A stretch of DNA of 64,000 bases. Source: Iphione sp. A-MEVVRFRX5. Its lineage: Eukaryota. The DNA is taken from the NCBI GenBank assembly GCA_976226885.1, contig OZ320317.1:77810001-77874000 (forward strand), given 5' to 3'. Below are positions 12,346-25,917 of this stretch, one piece after another; the stretch's first letter is position 1; each line of letters starts with the position of its first letter. The notes beneath the pieces are model-generated. The model made no database searches. It was not told the origin of the DNA and saw only the letters and a program-made list of their open reading frames with translations. The translations under genes were made by a program, and so were the position numbers.

Positions 12346-15300
12346 GTTTCCCCTCCTCTCCCCCTCGTCTCCTTCGTTTACCAGGGGCTTAGGTTGTCGT
12401 TGTCCCTGCCGGCCTCAGTTCTCCGGAGCACACCCGCAGCGCTGATTGGCCGATATGCTCGTGGGGACCGGAAGATAGGGGGGAGGGGGACAGGGTCCCT
12501 ACCTGGAATGCATGCGCAGTGAATTCCGGCTGCTGCCTGGGGTGGCGTCTGTCCTAGCGTTCTCCAGAGTTGGGGTTATCTCCAGTGAAGAGCTATCTGC
12601 CTCCCACTAGCCTCGATGGCTGCACATATCAGATAGGGTATTGGGAGCTTTGTGGATTGGAGGTGGGGGGTCGCTTTCATACACACTTGCCTCCCAAACA
12701 CAAACCATGCAATATTACTCCCCGTTTTACGTTGCTCTGCCTGACAATCATGACCTGCCCTTCGTTTCATTCTACCAAAATGATTGCCTTCTGTGTTTTA
12801 GAGAACGAAATCCCATGCTGTTTCCAGGCAGCATTGTAAGTACAGTATTCCCTTGTTGGCAGAGAATCAGGGAACTCCCGGTGTTTTTCGAGAGTTTCAG
12901 TGACGCCACTAATACTGTTAAAATTCGAAGTATGTGGGAGTAAGCTTAAGTCACCTATTTTGGCATGCTAAAATGTCACATTTATTGTTAGCTTAACCAA
13001 GAGCGTTCGTTGTTGACTCGCCAGGATGTTTTTGTTTACACACTGATTTCAAAATTTCACCGCATTGGTTATTATGGTTATAAATACCGTTCCCATATGG
13101 CGGAAGGCAAGCTTCAGATAAGCCTGATGCCTTCTTGCACTTTGAACAATCTACCTTCCCTCCCACTACGAGGGAAATCATCTCTAATGGTCTAAATTAA
13201 TTTAAGGAGCACGCTAATTTGTAGCAGCCGTTAATTGCCTCCTTTGCCATAAAAACAGGGCGCTATTAGGGAGTAGTGGCACTGTCTTTGCCAATGCAAT
13301 CAAGTGAAACGAATTGCCACTGATAGGCATCCTCAGGGGCAAGTTCTTTTTCGCATTTACAACTATGATTCAATGTAGGGCAAAAAAACTTCACCCAACA
13401 GAATACGAGATACAAACAGTGCCAGTCGGAAGGCATTATAGGACGACAGTGAATATGACCCTAGCAGTTCCCGCCTCTTCACGTTCGCGCCAAAATGGGG
13501 AGTTCGGCGGAATAGGGAAAGGGAACAGCGATTGGAAATCAATGTCGCGGGCAAAAGGTCATTCGAACGCCGGAGTAGCTCCGCAGCGGAGCGCAATGGG
13601 AACACATGCCGCATGATGGAACGCCGATAGGCAAATACTCTATGTGGTATAATACACGACAGTAAAATGTCATCTGCCCGCTCATTTGTAAACATGGGAG
13701 AATGTGTACAGAACAGGTTTCTTTCCCACGAAAGGCTGCAAACGATATCATATTGCCCGCCCATTATATACGTTGCGTCGACGAAGTGTATTTAAAGCAT
13801 ATCGTCCTCTATATTAAGGTACTCAACCCAAATGGAGGGCCTATTTTGCAAAATTGTAGTTTAAATTTAGAACCACGATGTGTGAAAATAGACTGTTGTA
13901 GTTCCTTGACCTGTGAAGCCACTAGCCAATAGGCAGTGTCGAGCCTTTCTCTGCGGTCTGACAATTACCAAGGTTACGAGCAGAAATAGCGGCCCGCGCT
14001 GTGTATGGAAGCGGCCCAGTCAGAGAGAAGCTGAGACGTCTATCGTGGGGATAGTAGTAGTGGGAGGATTAGGACGACGAGAGGGAGTGAATGGGAGACG
14101 GGGGAGGGGGAGGGGGGCGGGGAGGGAGGTGGACGGAGAGGAGACAAAAAAACTGATGACTCAGAGAGAACGTGATTAGTAGCGGCTCGACGGCGTCAAC
14201 TGGCCTCTGACGACCACGTCCTAATTTAAGACCCCCTCGAAAACAATGCGCTTCGTTCCGCCCGCTGGCGACCACGCGGTCGAACGTGTGTCCATACATG
14301 TGTGTGAGTGTGTGTGAGTGAGTGTGTGCATCCATGCCCCCAAGAGCTCGCCATCGTCAGCCTGCCCTGCCTCCCGTTCGAGTAAACTCAGCCAAGTGTC
14401 GAGTCCTCCCCGCGCTTATTGGAGACTGGCACCTAACCAACGACGATGATGTCAATAGCTGAGGAAAAAACGGCAGAACACTACAAAAGCGTGAAGCTAG
14501 TGATCTGGTGATTATTTTAGAATTTCTGTCGACTCCGACAACGTGTTGTCCAAGGAGGAGAGAATTAATGCGTTAAGGGATCGTTGGGGAGTGTTTATTT
14601 GTGGTCGGGTTTTTGTTATTGTCGTGTTTTTGGTCTGGCAGATTGACGACGGTTTCATTGCGGGTGGGCGGAATGGCAGACAGTTAAAATCAGAAGTAGA
14701 AGACGTTAATAAACTTGTAATTGAAATTAGATCACAATGGAAACAAATCGTGTCAATAGTTGACAAAGGAAGCCAAGTGCCTGCTGCTAAGGGACTACAT
14801 CTAGACAAGTTCTATCTGCCGAGTTGTCAAACGTGCTCTAAAATCAAGAAAGAGCCTCAAGGCTGTTGGACCTGGGAAGCGCGACCAAAAAAGGTCTGCT
14901 CAGATTTTTATCTGGACTTTGCTCCGTTCTACTGCGATAATTGATAATGATGACCCAAGTGGATGTGATAATTGAAATTAATGCGCCAAACGCATGTTTT
15001 CTGTACATCATCCCGTCCTCCACAAACTTCACATGTAGTTTTATACTCCCACAAAATCAATCAGTGCCATCGACTGAATCTGTCCTTTTTAGTCCTTCTT
15101 CTCCATATTACATGACCTCGGTACTTTTTGCCGAATGGGAAGGGGTAATCCCTACTAATCTGGTCACTAGCCTTCCGATTAAATGTCAACTCCTTATTTC
15201 CTTCTCCACGTACTTCTCCCTTCGACCCCCTCCGTCTTCCCCGCTGCTACTGGTAGCCGGAAGTGCCTCAATAAAGGCCGACTTGTCGATGACCTGAGGC

Positions 15301-18300
15301 AGGAGGCATTTGAACCTCTGTGCAGATCCTACTTGTATGCAGGGGAGCGCTGGCCAGAGGGGATGCCCCTTGTTGTCCGAGATCTCAGTTGGGGCGCAGT
15401 CAAGGGAGGTGTTGCTGGGCCTGGGCTTATCTTCCACCTCCTGACAAGCATGTTAACCTCAGGGCTGATCATAATCTTAAGGCGATGTTTGGGGGGCGCA
15501 CGGCTGGACTGATCGTTTCACGGAAAGGCGGCTGTGAAGGAGAGGGGAAGGTCAGACCCGGAATTGCCTAGTCGGGCAAGCATGCATCAGCCCCTGGGCT
15601 TCATCTCATACATGCCAATACATTTTCGACTGCTGCTTGTCTAGTGTGCTGCTTCAGGTCATACTCTCTATCATAGACAGAAGAGTATAATATACATTTT
15701 TGTTTATTTAAGCGTTTTGAAATGTATTTTGATGTATGCTTGTCGAGTGCGTTATGTTATCCACTGCTTTCTATCCTGTAGGTGTTAGAATGATTCTTAT
15801 ACGGGGGTTTTCCCTGATGTTGTGTGTTATAAACTGCAAACTGTAACGTTTTTGAACAGTAGGACACAACAACCCTGTTTCACCTCTTTGGTGAGACTAT
15901 CGAGAAATCGGGCATCTAATATGTGAATCCTCAGACTGACCTAACAACCCCTATATATGCAACACGATGATGTGGACAATATAAACCAGCAACATTTGTG
16001 ATTGCATCTTTACTTTAAGAACCTCATTTGAAAGTTTTTTTCTTCTAAGAAATGAGACCAAATATTAGGATCCATACTCGAATTTTACAGTTTTCCATGA
16101 CAAAAAAAACATATTTCAATATTAATATCCAAAGTTTAGAATAATATAATCCAGAAACCGATCCCTTGGATAACAGTATCCATCGAGCTCAACGACCACC
16201 GGAGGAAATGTTGAGGAGTCAAAGGGGTACAAGACAATGCATTTGAGACAGATCCATTCTGCGGTCGACAGGGATAAATCGTGCACTGAGATAGGGCCGA
16301 AGAGGTCCATAGAACCATCGTATGGTTATTTAGAACCCTGCTGGCGATTCAGCTGAGTACGGGCAGCGATTGAGTTGGGCAATGGTCGGTGGCCAGTGGG
16401 TTGAAGCATGTTAACCTTTGGGCCGATCCTTCCCATAGATTCGGGTGTGTAGAGGTGGGCTGTAAGGTCCGGAGAGGAGGTCAGCCCAGACAAGTAATGT
16501 GGGCAATCATCGATTTAACCCCAAGCTTGCAAGTTGTGCACAAACCCACACGCAAACGGACAGCCTGGCAGACAATCGGATAGAGGCCGGTATTGAAGCG
16601 ATGCCCACACATGGCTCCCGGCCTTTCTCTTAGACCAGCGCATCTGTACAGGGGGGTTGGTGTTTGAGATAATAACATGCACGCATACTAAAAGCGGAGC
16701 AAACGGAGTCACAAAATCACACCAATCCGTGCTGAATTAGACACAAGCCAACTAGCGCCTTCCCAAGTGGACACCTACACCTAAGCGGGCACCCAAGAAG
16801 ACAAACAGAATCAACAAAGGCAGGCGACATGTCCTCTCCCGACAGCTGAGTCACCTTATCAATAGCACCCGTCCGTCCGCCCTCACTCGCTCTCTGTTCC
16901 CTCTTCCTGTTCACCCCCTTGCTTGGCTCTCCCCACTCCCCATGGCCCAGGGCTGTTTACGGGGTCACCGGTCCTAGCTTTATTTCTCACTCAGGTTTTT
17001 ACCCTTACACCTCATCACACAAAGGCCAATGCACACTGGCTCACAACTGCTCCACACACCCACCCACACTAACACACACGCACACAAACACACCCACACA
17101 TCGCGCAACGCCTCCGCCCCTATCACCACAGATCCCTGGAGAGTTGGGTAGGTGAGAGGGGGCCACCCCGTTGGGCAGACCCATGATCAACAAGGCCATT
17201 GGAGATGCACATGACAACTGGGGAGTGAAAGACATCTCTTAAAGCTCCCAGTCTGATTGAGTGACCTGCTCGCTTGATACTCAAGTACAAGAACTTATAA
17301 AAGAATGAATTCTACACTGACAGAAGTACCGATTTTCTATACCTTACAGAACATGGGGGTGATAGAAACTTCATGAAGAGGCGTTGTGATTTTTTTTTCA
17401 AAAAGACCCCAGAAACCTATTCGAAATAAGAGTAGGGGGCAACCCCGGGTATTCTGGTCTCTCAATTCTCAACAATAGATGGCAGTATACTATCCCAGGA
17501 GGACCGGTCATGTGATAGGGAATATCTAGTTCCTGGTAAAAGATACAATGAAATGAAAAAATGAAAATCAAGTGAACAAAGGTGACCCTAAGTATTGTAT
17601 GATAACTATCACCTTGGCAATGACATGTATAGATTTCAATTGTAGTATTTACATAAAATCTAACCAATAACTTTTGCATTAAAAATTATCATTAGACGCA
17701 AGTTCATCCTAATCCCCCCAAAAAGAAAATATGCAAAAACATGACCAGAGCAGATAATCATCAATTATAACAAAAATATCAAGCGGTCAAGTTATGTTCC
17801 GAAGCTTCTCAAAGCAGGGCACGTGTCCGATAGGGAAGTGATTGAGCCTATCACCTCTATGAGGTATTCATATGAAACACTTTGTTCGAAGTGAAATCTA
17901 ATGGGCAGCTATTTCATAAATTAAACTCATTATATCTGTTTATTTTCAGGTGTTGGTCTATTCAGACTAGCCTGTGATTAGGCCACTTCGGGCATGTGGC
18001 CAGCACGAACTAGCGATTTAAGGAGTTGTTGGTGACTTTGACTTTGTTGAAAAGACTTTGTTGATGATTGTCAAATAAAACAGCGATTGCGATGTTCTTG
18101 TTTAACGAAGCACACTATTTTGGGCCGCATCGTGTGTGGGTCAGACAATGTCCCGCTTGTCAACACGTGATTCACCTTCGAACTTCAACATTAATAAAAC
18201 TGCTTTAATGGGCTAAAGTTCTCTTCCGCCATGCTCGGACCTGTCAGAGAATTCCTTCTTTCATAAGATCACTTTGTATAGATTTTCCTTTTAAGGTGGA

Positions 18301-21076
18301 ATGATTCATGCAAAAACCAGCGTTGGCATCCTCTGTGTTGTTGACGGTCTCTCTTTGAAACTGGACCTTACCATGGCTTCCGCTACTAATGTTCATGTAT
18401 TAAAGTAAAGGTACGAGGTACTAAAGATTGTCAACGATATGATGGTGTACTATCAGATCCTACCGACAGAGAAGGTACCGTCATTTAAGGAATTTTTGAC
18501 TTTATCCGCTGAGGTGGATGCACAATGCATTCTCACATGCTTAACTAACGTATGTCCCCACGTTGTACAGAACAGAGCTCACGTCTAAGGAATAGACCTG
18601 AGCGTGTCGATTAGAGGCTCCCATCTGAGACAATGCGATAGGCAGACTGGCACGACAGCATTAAAGGTGTCTCAACGCCTCTGATGGGGAGCTCATCATT
18701 TTCCCTCAGACGTGTATCTTTGTTGCAATGTTTCAAAGGGAACTTGTAATATTTTCTTTCAAATTACATCGATCTCAAGCAATGCTGGGTGCATCTGCAG
18801 GAGTAAACCAACATATTATGTGGAAAATTTCAAAGGAAACACACCCTATCGTATGATCTGAGCTAAGTCTTAAAAAACATAATAAGATGTCAAGAATTAG
18901 ATAATTATGCATATCTATATGAACAACTAAAATGAATATTTACTAAACTCTTCGTTTTGTCACTTAGCTTTAGGAGAAAGTAGGTTAGGCACACTTGTAA
19001 CTTGATTTGAATGCAATTAATACACTGAACCCTATATTGGATGCTTGCTTCAGTCTTGGTATTCAGTCATCAGTCTCACCAATGGTCAAGAACATTGGTA
19101 ATTGATTCAAAGTGTACGACTGTCATCTTCACAGAAATGGATTGGTATATTCAACACATCCCGCAGGTCTTCGCTGGAAATTAGTCTAATTTCTGCTTGG
19201 ATTCACTTTGATCCTCTTGATTTGCGCTGCAGTCTGTTTTGACACGTCGTAAGGCTCTGAAGACCAAGAAGGCAGTGATGACGAGTGAGATGCGACAGAC
19301 TCCTTGATGTCGTTATCTTTCATGGCCTTTACCTCATTTATAACATATAGTCCTCAGCAAATATCAATAGTTATGTGCTTAAAAGTGAACGGAGAAGATC
19401 ATGCAGCTGATCCAGAAGCAGGTCATCGCCATTTGCCGACTCTGCAGACTGATCAGTTGATTCAGTAAGATCCCACTGATCAGTACAGCGGAGACTGTCC
19501 ACATGCCTCGACAGACTCCTAAGTGTTTGCTGGGAGAAGGTACTCCGGGGATGATATACGATTCAAATATCCCTTCTTAGGCCTATGTTCAAGGATTGGT
19601 CTGACTAGGCCGCATGTAGTGTTCATGGGCTTTTTTCATCCAGTTGCCGTGAGTGATTCCTGGTGGTAGTATGTGCTCCCCATCGATATCTCCGTATGTT
19701 AGTCAACATTAGATCATATCAGTGGCTATTTGCTCCTCAACTCTTGACCTTTAAGTTGAGGCAGTTCAGCAGGCCCTGCCGCATGTAACTGGTCACATGA
19801 CGCGAAAGCTGAAGATATATTCTTTGAAAGATTCAAAGATAAATGCTCTTAATGAAATGGCGCAAGTAAGGCTGTAGCATATAGAACTACTATAATCATT
19901 AGTTTGTCCTTTTACTACTAGTACAGACAAGACACTGGTATGTTTTAGCTTGTAGAATAACCAGCAAGGCTAAATGTGACTGTCGTGATACCAAGCCAGA
20001 TCTTGCTTGAGCAACCTAAAATACATGAAAATCATGTTGCATTGATTAAGTTGAAACATCCTATTAGAACCACGAAGGTTATTAAGCAACCCAGTCGCCG
20101 GTTCATTCTTAGAATATGCATGTACATGTAATAGCAAAATACTTTGATCCAATAAATGCATAACTTCTGGGACGAACCCTTCAAGTCACAACATGAAATT
20201 ATATCCCGGTGGCTAACACCTCAGGGATGAGTCAATCGCTAGAGGTTGATTTCCTCAATTGTGTGAAACACTGAAAACCGATCTCGTCCAGTTGAACTTC
20301 TATTACTAGCTATTACTCAGTGCCTGTCACAAACAGCTTTGTCCTTATACTACTCACACAGAATACCCATTTCACATAACAGCTGGTAGCAAGCGAACAG
20401 ATTCCACGCCGTCTCGTAAATGCAACAAAGGTTGTGCGCTTCTCATGCAGACGGCCATTATTTACATTTACAGCTGGAGCAGATCGCTTTCTACGTGAAA
20501 CAGCCTTATTTTAATACATAAAGAACTAGAATTTGCTGATTGGGGAGAAATAAAGAAGGTTCTCGTGTTGCGGAGGGTAAATATAGTCTTTTCACTCCTA
20601 AATGCAGACGCCGTGGGACATCGGCAATAACATCCCAAAATGTTCAACACAGTAAATAAACTGAACAGATGCTCAGCATGGATATTTTTACGCACTCTTT
20701 TCATTGTGAATAAGACAAAATAAGCGGCCACACAGAATGTCGTCTTGCAAAATGGCATCGGCTAGTTGTTTACTTAACGCTCTTTACAGAAACAAAGAGG
20801 CTGAGTTACGTCATCGCTGATGCTGACATGTCGTCAAGAAGAAAGGTACCAATTTGGCCTGTCACCTGAGCTGACAGCATATCTGCCTAGCACCTGGCAG
20901 GTGGCTCTTTCCAAGGTACTTAGACCAAGTTAGAGCTGACAGCTTCACGAGACGTTATCTGAGCAGCAGGGGCATTTTAACCCACACTTAACTTGTCAAG
21001 CTCCACTTTAACCCTTGCCTACCTGTGCGTCTGAGCTTGCACGCCTCAATAAATCCTATGTTTTTATATCTCTGTA

Positions 21077-21261
21077 CAGTAGAGTCTCTATTTACGACCA
21101 ACACTTGGGACCAAGCTGAACTGGTCGTAATGGGGAATTTGGTCGTAAATAGATTATTATCATTATTATAGAAATTGATAATTTTTTACCCGGTTTTAGT
21201 GGTCGTAATAGTAAGAATGGTCGGAAATTGATATGGTCGCAAATTAAGACCCCACTCTACT
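21077..21261. mobile_element. ~185-bp Tc1/mariner-pogo-type MITE
   Basis: TA|CAGTAGAGTCTCTATTTACGACC at the left end. The right end reads AGTAGAGTGGGGTCTTAATTTGCGACC in reverse complement. Five internal GGTCG(T/G/C)AA(A)T subterminal motifs. The right-hand TA is not preserved. Confidence 0.7.
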
Positions 21262-23849
21262 TTTTTGCGTACATGTACTCGCATAATAGTATATAGGATA
21301 GCGTTCTAGAGATAACTAATATCGATGGCTGATGACACTGCTATATGTGCATCTATATGTGTGAACTTTTCGGATTATTTTCACCTAAAGTTGAAAGGAT
21401 AGCCCCAGTAAGGTCTGTCTACGTCATAAACTCTTAAAAAGGAAAAGGCCACTTCTCTGATTTCTGCTCTCCTGCTTCACAAGAAGTCCCTATGAAAGGC
21501 AACTTTAGTTCAAACATGTTTTAGACGGCCTTTTTTTATCACCTCTTGATTTTGTTTTCTTTGTACGTTTGACTCGTGCATTTTTTCTTTTCCTTTCTCC
21601 TGTTCTCTCCGCAACACCTACAAATTCTCCCTTTCCTGTCTCTATTGGTCATTTCAAAGCGTCTTGTGTGAAATATTTATTAGTTACTCTTGGCAGTGAG
21701 TCTGTCTGCAGTCCCGAACAGAGATTTCCTGCGTTGATTCCTTAATAGAACAACAACCGACACTGTCGAGGGCTGCATTGATGAGTCTGTCCAAAAGCTC
21801 TCATGTTAAAATTGCTTTGTTGAATACCTTTCTAGGCATGCCGTATTGTCAATGAGGATGTTGGCGGTAATCAGGAATCTGAGAAGTGAATAAGGGCGAC
21901 CCGGACATTGAAATACCAGCCAGGTAGAATAGGGATAAGGAGAGGTGCGATAGGTGGGGATTCGAAAAAAGGACCGGGGTGAGACTGCCATTGAGAAAAG
22001 AACCGTTGGGTTATGAGCAGAACCACTGTCTCTATCAATTAGTTGCTTTCCTTATCTTCCTCCTTCATGCCCGCACTTTGAATCCCGTTCCCTCTTGTCA
22101 TTGAAATGTGTTTATTCAAAGTAATCTCGAGATCCTATCATATACCTTCATGAACCCTTATTCTTGGTCTTAGGCGCAACATTGGGCCAGTTTCAGCAAG
22201 CATAGCCTGCATTTGTAGTGACAACTGATGTTGGTCCAGCTGTGTTTTAGGTTACAAAAGCTGTCGTGGGGTTGTAGTAGTTGACTTTTATAAACTTCCA
22301 TGCAAGAATGATTATACTATTGAGGCTATTTCGCCACGGGGCGGACCAACCAGACAAAGATGAAGCTTCTATACTGTAAGAAGCGAACGGAAAGCAGAAA
22401 ATTACATTCAGATTCTAATATTGAGAATTGACAGGGACACTGTAGAGATATATGGATTTAGGGATCAGAAAATAAGTTTGAAACACTTCAAAAATGCATC
22501 TTGTTGGTACAGTTGGGATCTTTGCATTCAATTGGAAACACAGTGGATGCACTGTGAACATCCAAGAACAGAAATTGACACAAGTCTTTGTGCAGTCCTT
22601 TTTAACTCAACTACATTTGGAGCAAGCCGGAATTACTACAAATGCCAACACAAGAGCTTCTCTCTTACTTAAGAAAAAAAAACAAAGGGGCTACCTGTCA
22701 AGGTTACTTGTATGTTTTCGTGGTCACAACATTTAATTTCCTTTAAACTATTTCGAGTTTATTTACTCTTCTTGTCGGCCAGTTTCCTTTGCCTGTAAGA
22801 TCAACGTATATTTCTCACCCATACGGTGGGCTTTAATTGAAACTGATTTACTTTCCCTTACGACTTGCAATTATGTTGTTCTGGCAACAATAGATCTATC
22901 CTTTCCCCCCTTTAAATTTGTCATATGTTTATAGTTATTCAACCCAAACCAAAGAAAGTCTTCAAAAAAGAACTTCTAATAGTGCAGCTTAACAATCATT
23001 CAGCATGCATTCAACAATAACTTTGAAATGGGGTAACTTGTTTATTCCAAAGAATGACATTTGTTCCTGCCTGTTACTGTTTTGAAATCCCATGAAAGAC
23101 CACTTTTTAAACTTTACCAAAGAGAGGAGTTTGGTATTCGCTGCAAGCATACGTGATGCGGTCACCATCTTTCCTCAGCTCCTTACGAAGAGCCTTGTCA
23201 TGCCCAAATTTTATGTGGTGGGCTCAGACTACTTGTCATGCATGGCATCGTCTAATAGCCTTTGGGTGGCCAGAAGCACTCTTTCCAATAATCAGTCTGT
23301 GGCTCCTTTTACATCAAAGAATATACATCATATTGTATAACATACAGGGGCATAATTATACAAATGAATAGAAGCATAATGTACAAGAAAACGGCTCTTT
23401 AAAAAGAGTGTGTGGTGGACCAAATCGGGTACCATTCATGGATGTACCATACCGAATTTATCAAACAGCTATGCATCTCAGACGTCCGGAAACCTTCCAA
23501 ACTAGTACGGTACCTTGTATACCTTGAGGTTAAAAGTGAATGCAGATTAAAAAATGAACAACTCTGAAGGAAAATACATGAAGCAGTCTGTGTTTAGAGT
23601 TTGCTTAATGGTTCTGTGTTTTACCTTCCCTATCAGTGTACCATATTTCTTCACGTGCATACAAGGGATTGGTATGTAGACCCCATGCACATTAGGACCC
23701 ACTTGAAGACCACAAAGCATGACTGACCAAATCGACAGTAGAGACCAAGATTTCCAAGAACTAACCAAACCAAATGTACGATTGAGGCATGTATGGCTGT
23801 ATCATTGTCTGTATCCATATCAATGCACATCAAATGAATGTGTGCTTTT

Positions 23850-24501
23850 AGACTGTACACATGGCTCCAGCGCTCCTTTTACAGAGTGAACAGTAGCCAT
23901 AAGCCCGCCTCCGCCTCGCCGCCCTCAGCCCCGGCTCTCGACAGCCAACGAACGAAACAAGCAGTCAACTGCCTCGTACACGCTGGCAGTAGGCGGCGTC
24001 TCGACGCGTCCTTAATCAACTGTTTGCCTGGCCGCCTCACCGCCAGTTCGCCCGCGTCAGCCAATCGAGCATCATCTCGTCCCGCGCACTCTCTTACTCA
24101 GCTCTTCGCTTCTTCCGCTCTCCGCCCCGTGGCACTGCAGTGTTCGGCCGTCCGCCACCGCCGCCGCCGCCGTCGTCGTCGTCGTCCCCACCGCCGCCGC
24201 TCAATATTTAACACGGTGTCATCTGATTACACGTCAGTGCGAGTGCGTGCCAGGTTAGCCACCTCCAAGGACCCCCGGCCGACGGAGGGCCGCTATTAAC
24301 AAGCACGCGCGGACCATCGGGAGGCGTTCACAGATGCAAGAGGTCGCCAGTCACAGCCCGCCGCCCAGCCAGCTCCTCCAGCTCCCCCGAGGGCCGCTTT
24401 AACCCGAGGGTCAAGCGGCGTCACTTTAAGAGAGAGACCGAGAGAGGGCGCTCCTACTGTTTGCATGGACTTTGTGTGACCGTTGTACGCGTCTAAAAGG
24501 C
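23850..24501 (+). promoter_or_regulatory. GC/CpG-rich promoter and 5' UTR of the SUEL-domain gene
   Basis: CpG-rich block directly upstream of the signal-peptide exon. CCAAT at ~24061, GC-box-like motifs, (CCG)n/(GTC)n tract at ~24158-24200, two upstream ORFs. TSS cannot be determined from sequence. Confidence 0.55.
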
Positions 24502-24613
24502 ATGGATTTGCGACGACTTGGAGACGACCCTGCATCTGCCCTTGCAGGTCGGAAGATGACCGTGGTTATCCTTTTCTTGGCCGCCATCATGATTCCTGTG
24601 TGGTGTAAGGAAG
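24502..24613 (+). CDS. First coding exon (signal peptide) of the SUEL-lectin-domain protein: MDLRRLGDDPASALAGRKMTVVILFLAAIMIPVWCKE + G
   Basis: ATG in good context (ggcATGG). Basic RK, then hydrophobic VVILFLAAIMIPVW and a V-W-C cleavage-type motif. Ends at a consensus donor AG|GTGAGT in phase 1, matching the phase-1 acceptor of the SUEL exon (G|AC = Asp). In-frame second ATG at 24556. Not in the supplied ORF track. Confidence 0.72.
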
Positions 24614-24989
24614 GTGAGTAAACTTTATATGAGGCCATTTACAGGGAGTTATCAGAGAAACCGAAATTTCAGGTACAGGAGAATGTGCGCCACAATGTAA
24701 AATACACCATTATCATAACTAAAAATACTTCCAGTACAACTAAGAGTATTTAGATTAACTCTACAAAACGGCCTGCAAAAGTCAGACGTTCTATCGGTGT
24801 TGTGCGTAATTTCAATCCATTCTTGAAATAAGGAAGTTGAAGATTCTGACGTCATTCGAATTTCTTCTGGACCAACCATAGGCTTATCGATCATATATGA
24901 TCGATAAGGTTCCTGTAAGCAGTTATATGAGTAATATTTGATGGATTAATTTGATTTTTTGCATAAAAGAAGATCATATTCTATGGTGT

Positions 24990-25917
24990 CCATTGCCATT
25001 TAAAGTTTAACTAATTTACACTAGGTTACCATGGAAAAGGGGTCACATGACCTCTAAGAACATGCAAATTCAGCATATCCACCTATGTTGATACACATTT
25101 TGATACAAATATGACTGAAAATGTTAAATAACAGATAAATTTTCATCATATTATCAAATATTCCTTTAAAACACTAGAGGGGTTATCCCTACAGATTATC
25201 AAAAGTTTTTAGTGAATCATTAGTGGGAACAATACTAAAGGTTTAACTTATGACATCCTATAAACTTCCTTATTAAGACATAAAATTACAGGTTTTTATT
25301 ACATAATAGTTTTAATTATTATATGTAGCTCTTATGTAATAAAGAGCCTCTTTTGCTAATATCTGCCATGGAAATGATGCTGAAATTCATAGTTTGTTTT
25401 GTTTGGCTCATATTCCACTAAAACTCTTTAATTGATTGTGGTTATGTCTATTTTTTATATATCCCATGATGCATCAGTGATGCTGATGCATTGGGTGATG
25501 CACTATTTTTGCATGAAACATGTATACTTACAGGTCATGATGAAGTATGTTCCAGATCAGATACAGAAACAATTTTGGTATCAAAACACTGTAAATTACC
25601 TCCTGAACACTTTCTTAATAGAACATTTTCTCCTAGGATTAATATTTTTTCATGTTTGCTTTCCAATAATGTAAATTAGTGTAAATTTACGGTAAATTTT
25701 TCAAATTATATCTTACATTCAATCCTCTCATGTTGCCATGGCAACCAAATAAATGGAATATAAATGTTTTAAAAATAACATGCAATTTAAGGTCTTTCAT
25801 ATGATATATAACATTACAAAGTACCTCTTGTTTTAAACTCTTGGACTAAGTATTATAGAAAAAAACTACAGTGACCTCATCCAAAAGCATCATTTCTGTC
25901 GGTCAGTAAGGGGTTAA
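24990..25917. mobile_element. AT-rich non-autonomous DNA transposon remnant with a piggyBac-like right end
   Basis: Ends in CAGTAAGGGGTTAA (25904-25917; reverse complement TTAA|CCCCTTACTG). Abrupt AT-rich composition. Left end not found, so the start coordinate is approximate. Confidence 0.35.

Noticed and set aside
14153-14175. CTGATGA-ctc-aga-gag hammerhead-like core (other CTGATGA/CTGAAGA hits also checked on both strands)
   Set aside because: None has the required stem II followed by GAAA with flanking stems.
14543-14944. 133-aa ORF with a hydrophobic stretch and cysteines (viral envelope-like impression)
   Set aside because: GTG start, no recognisable motif, no good donor site. Open frames of ~100 codons are expected by chance dozens of times in 64 kb.
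18373-18588. Apparent small ORF with Kozak ATG and one internal stop (MASATNVHVLK*RYEVLKIVNDMMVYY...)
   Set aside because: Looks protein-like but matches no family I recognise, and its length is within chance.
23092-23340. 82-aa ATG ORF upstream of the promoter
   Set aside because: No domain or splice signals.
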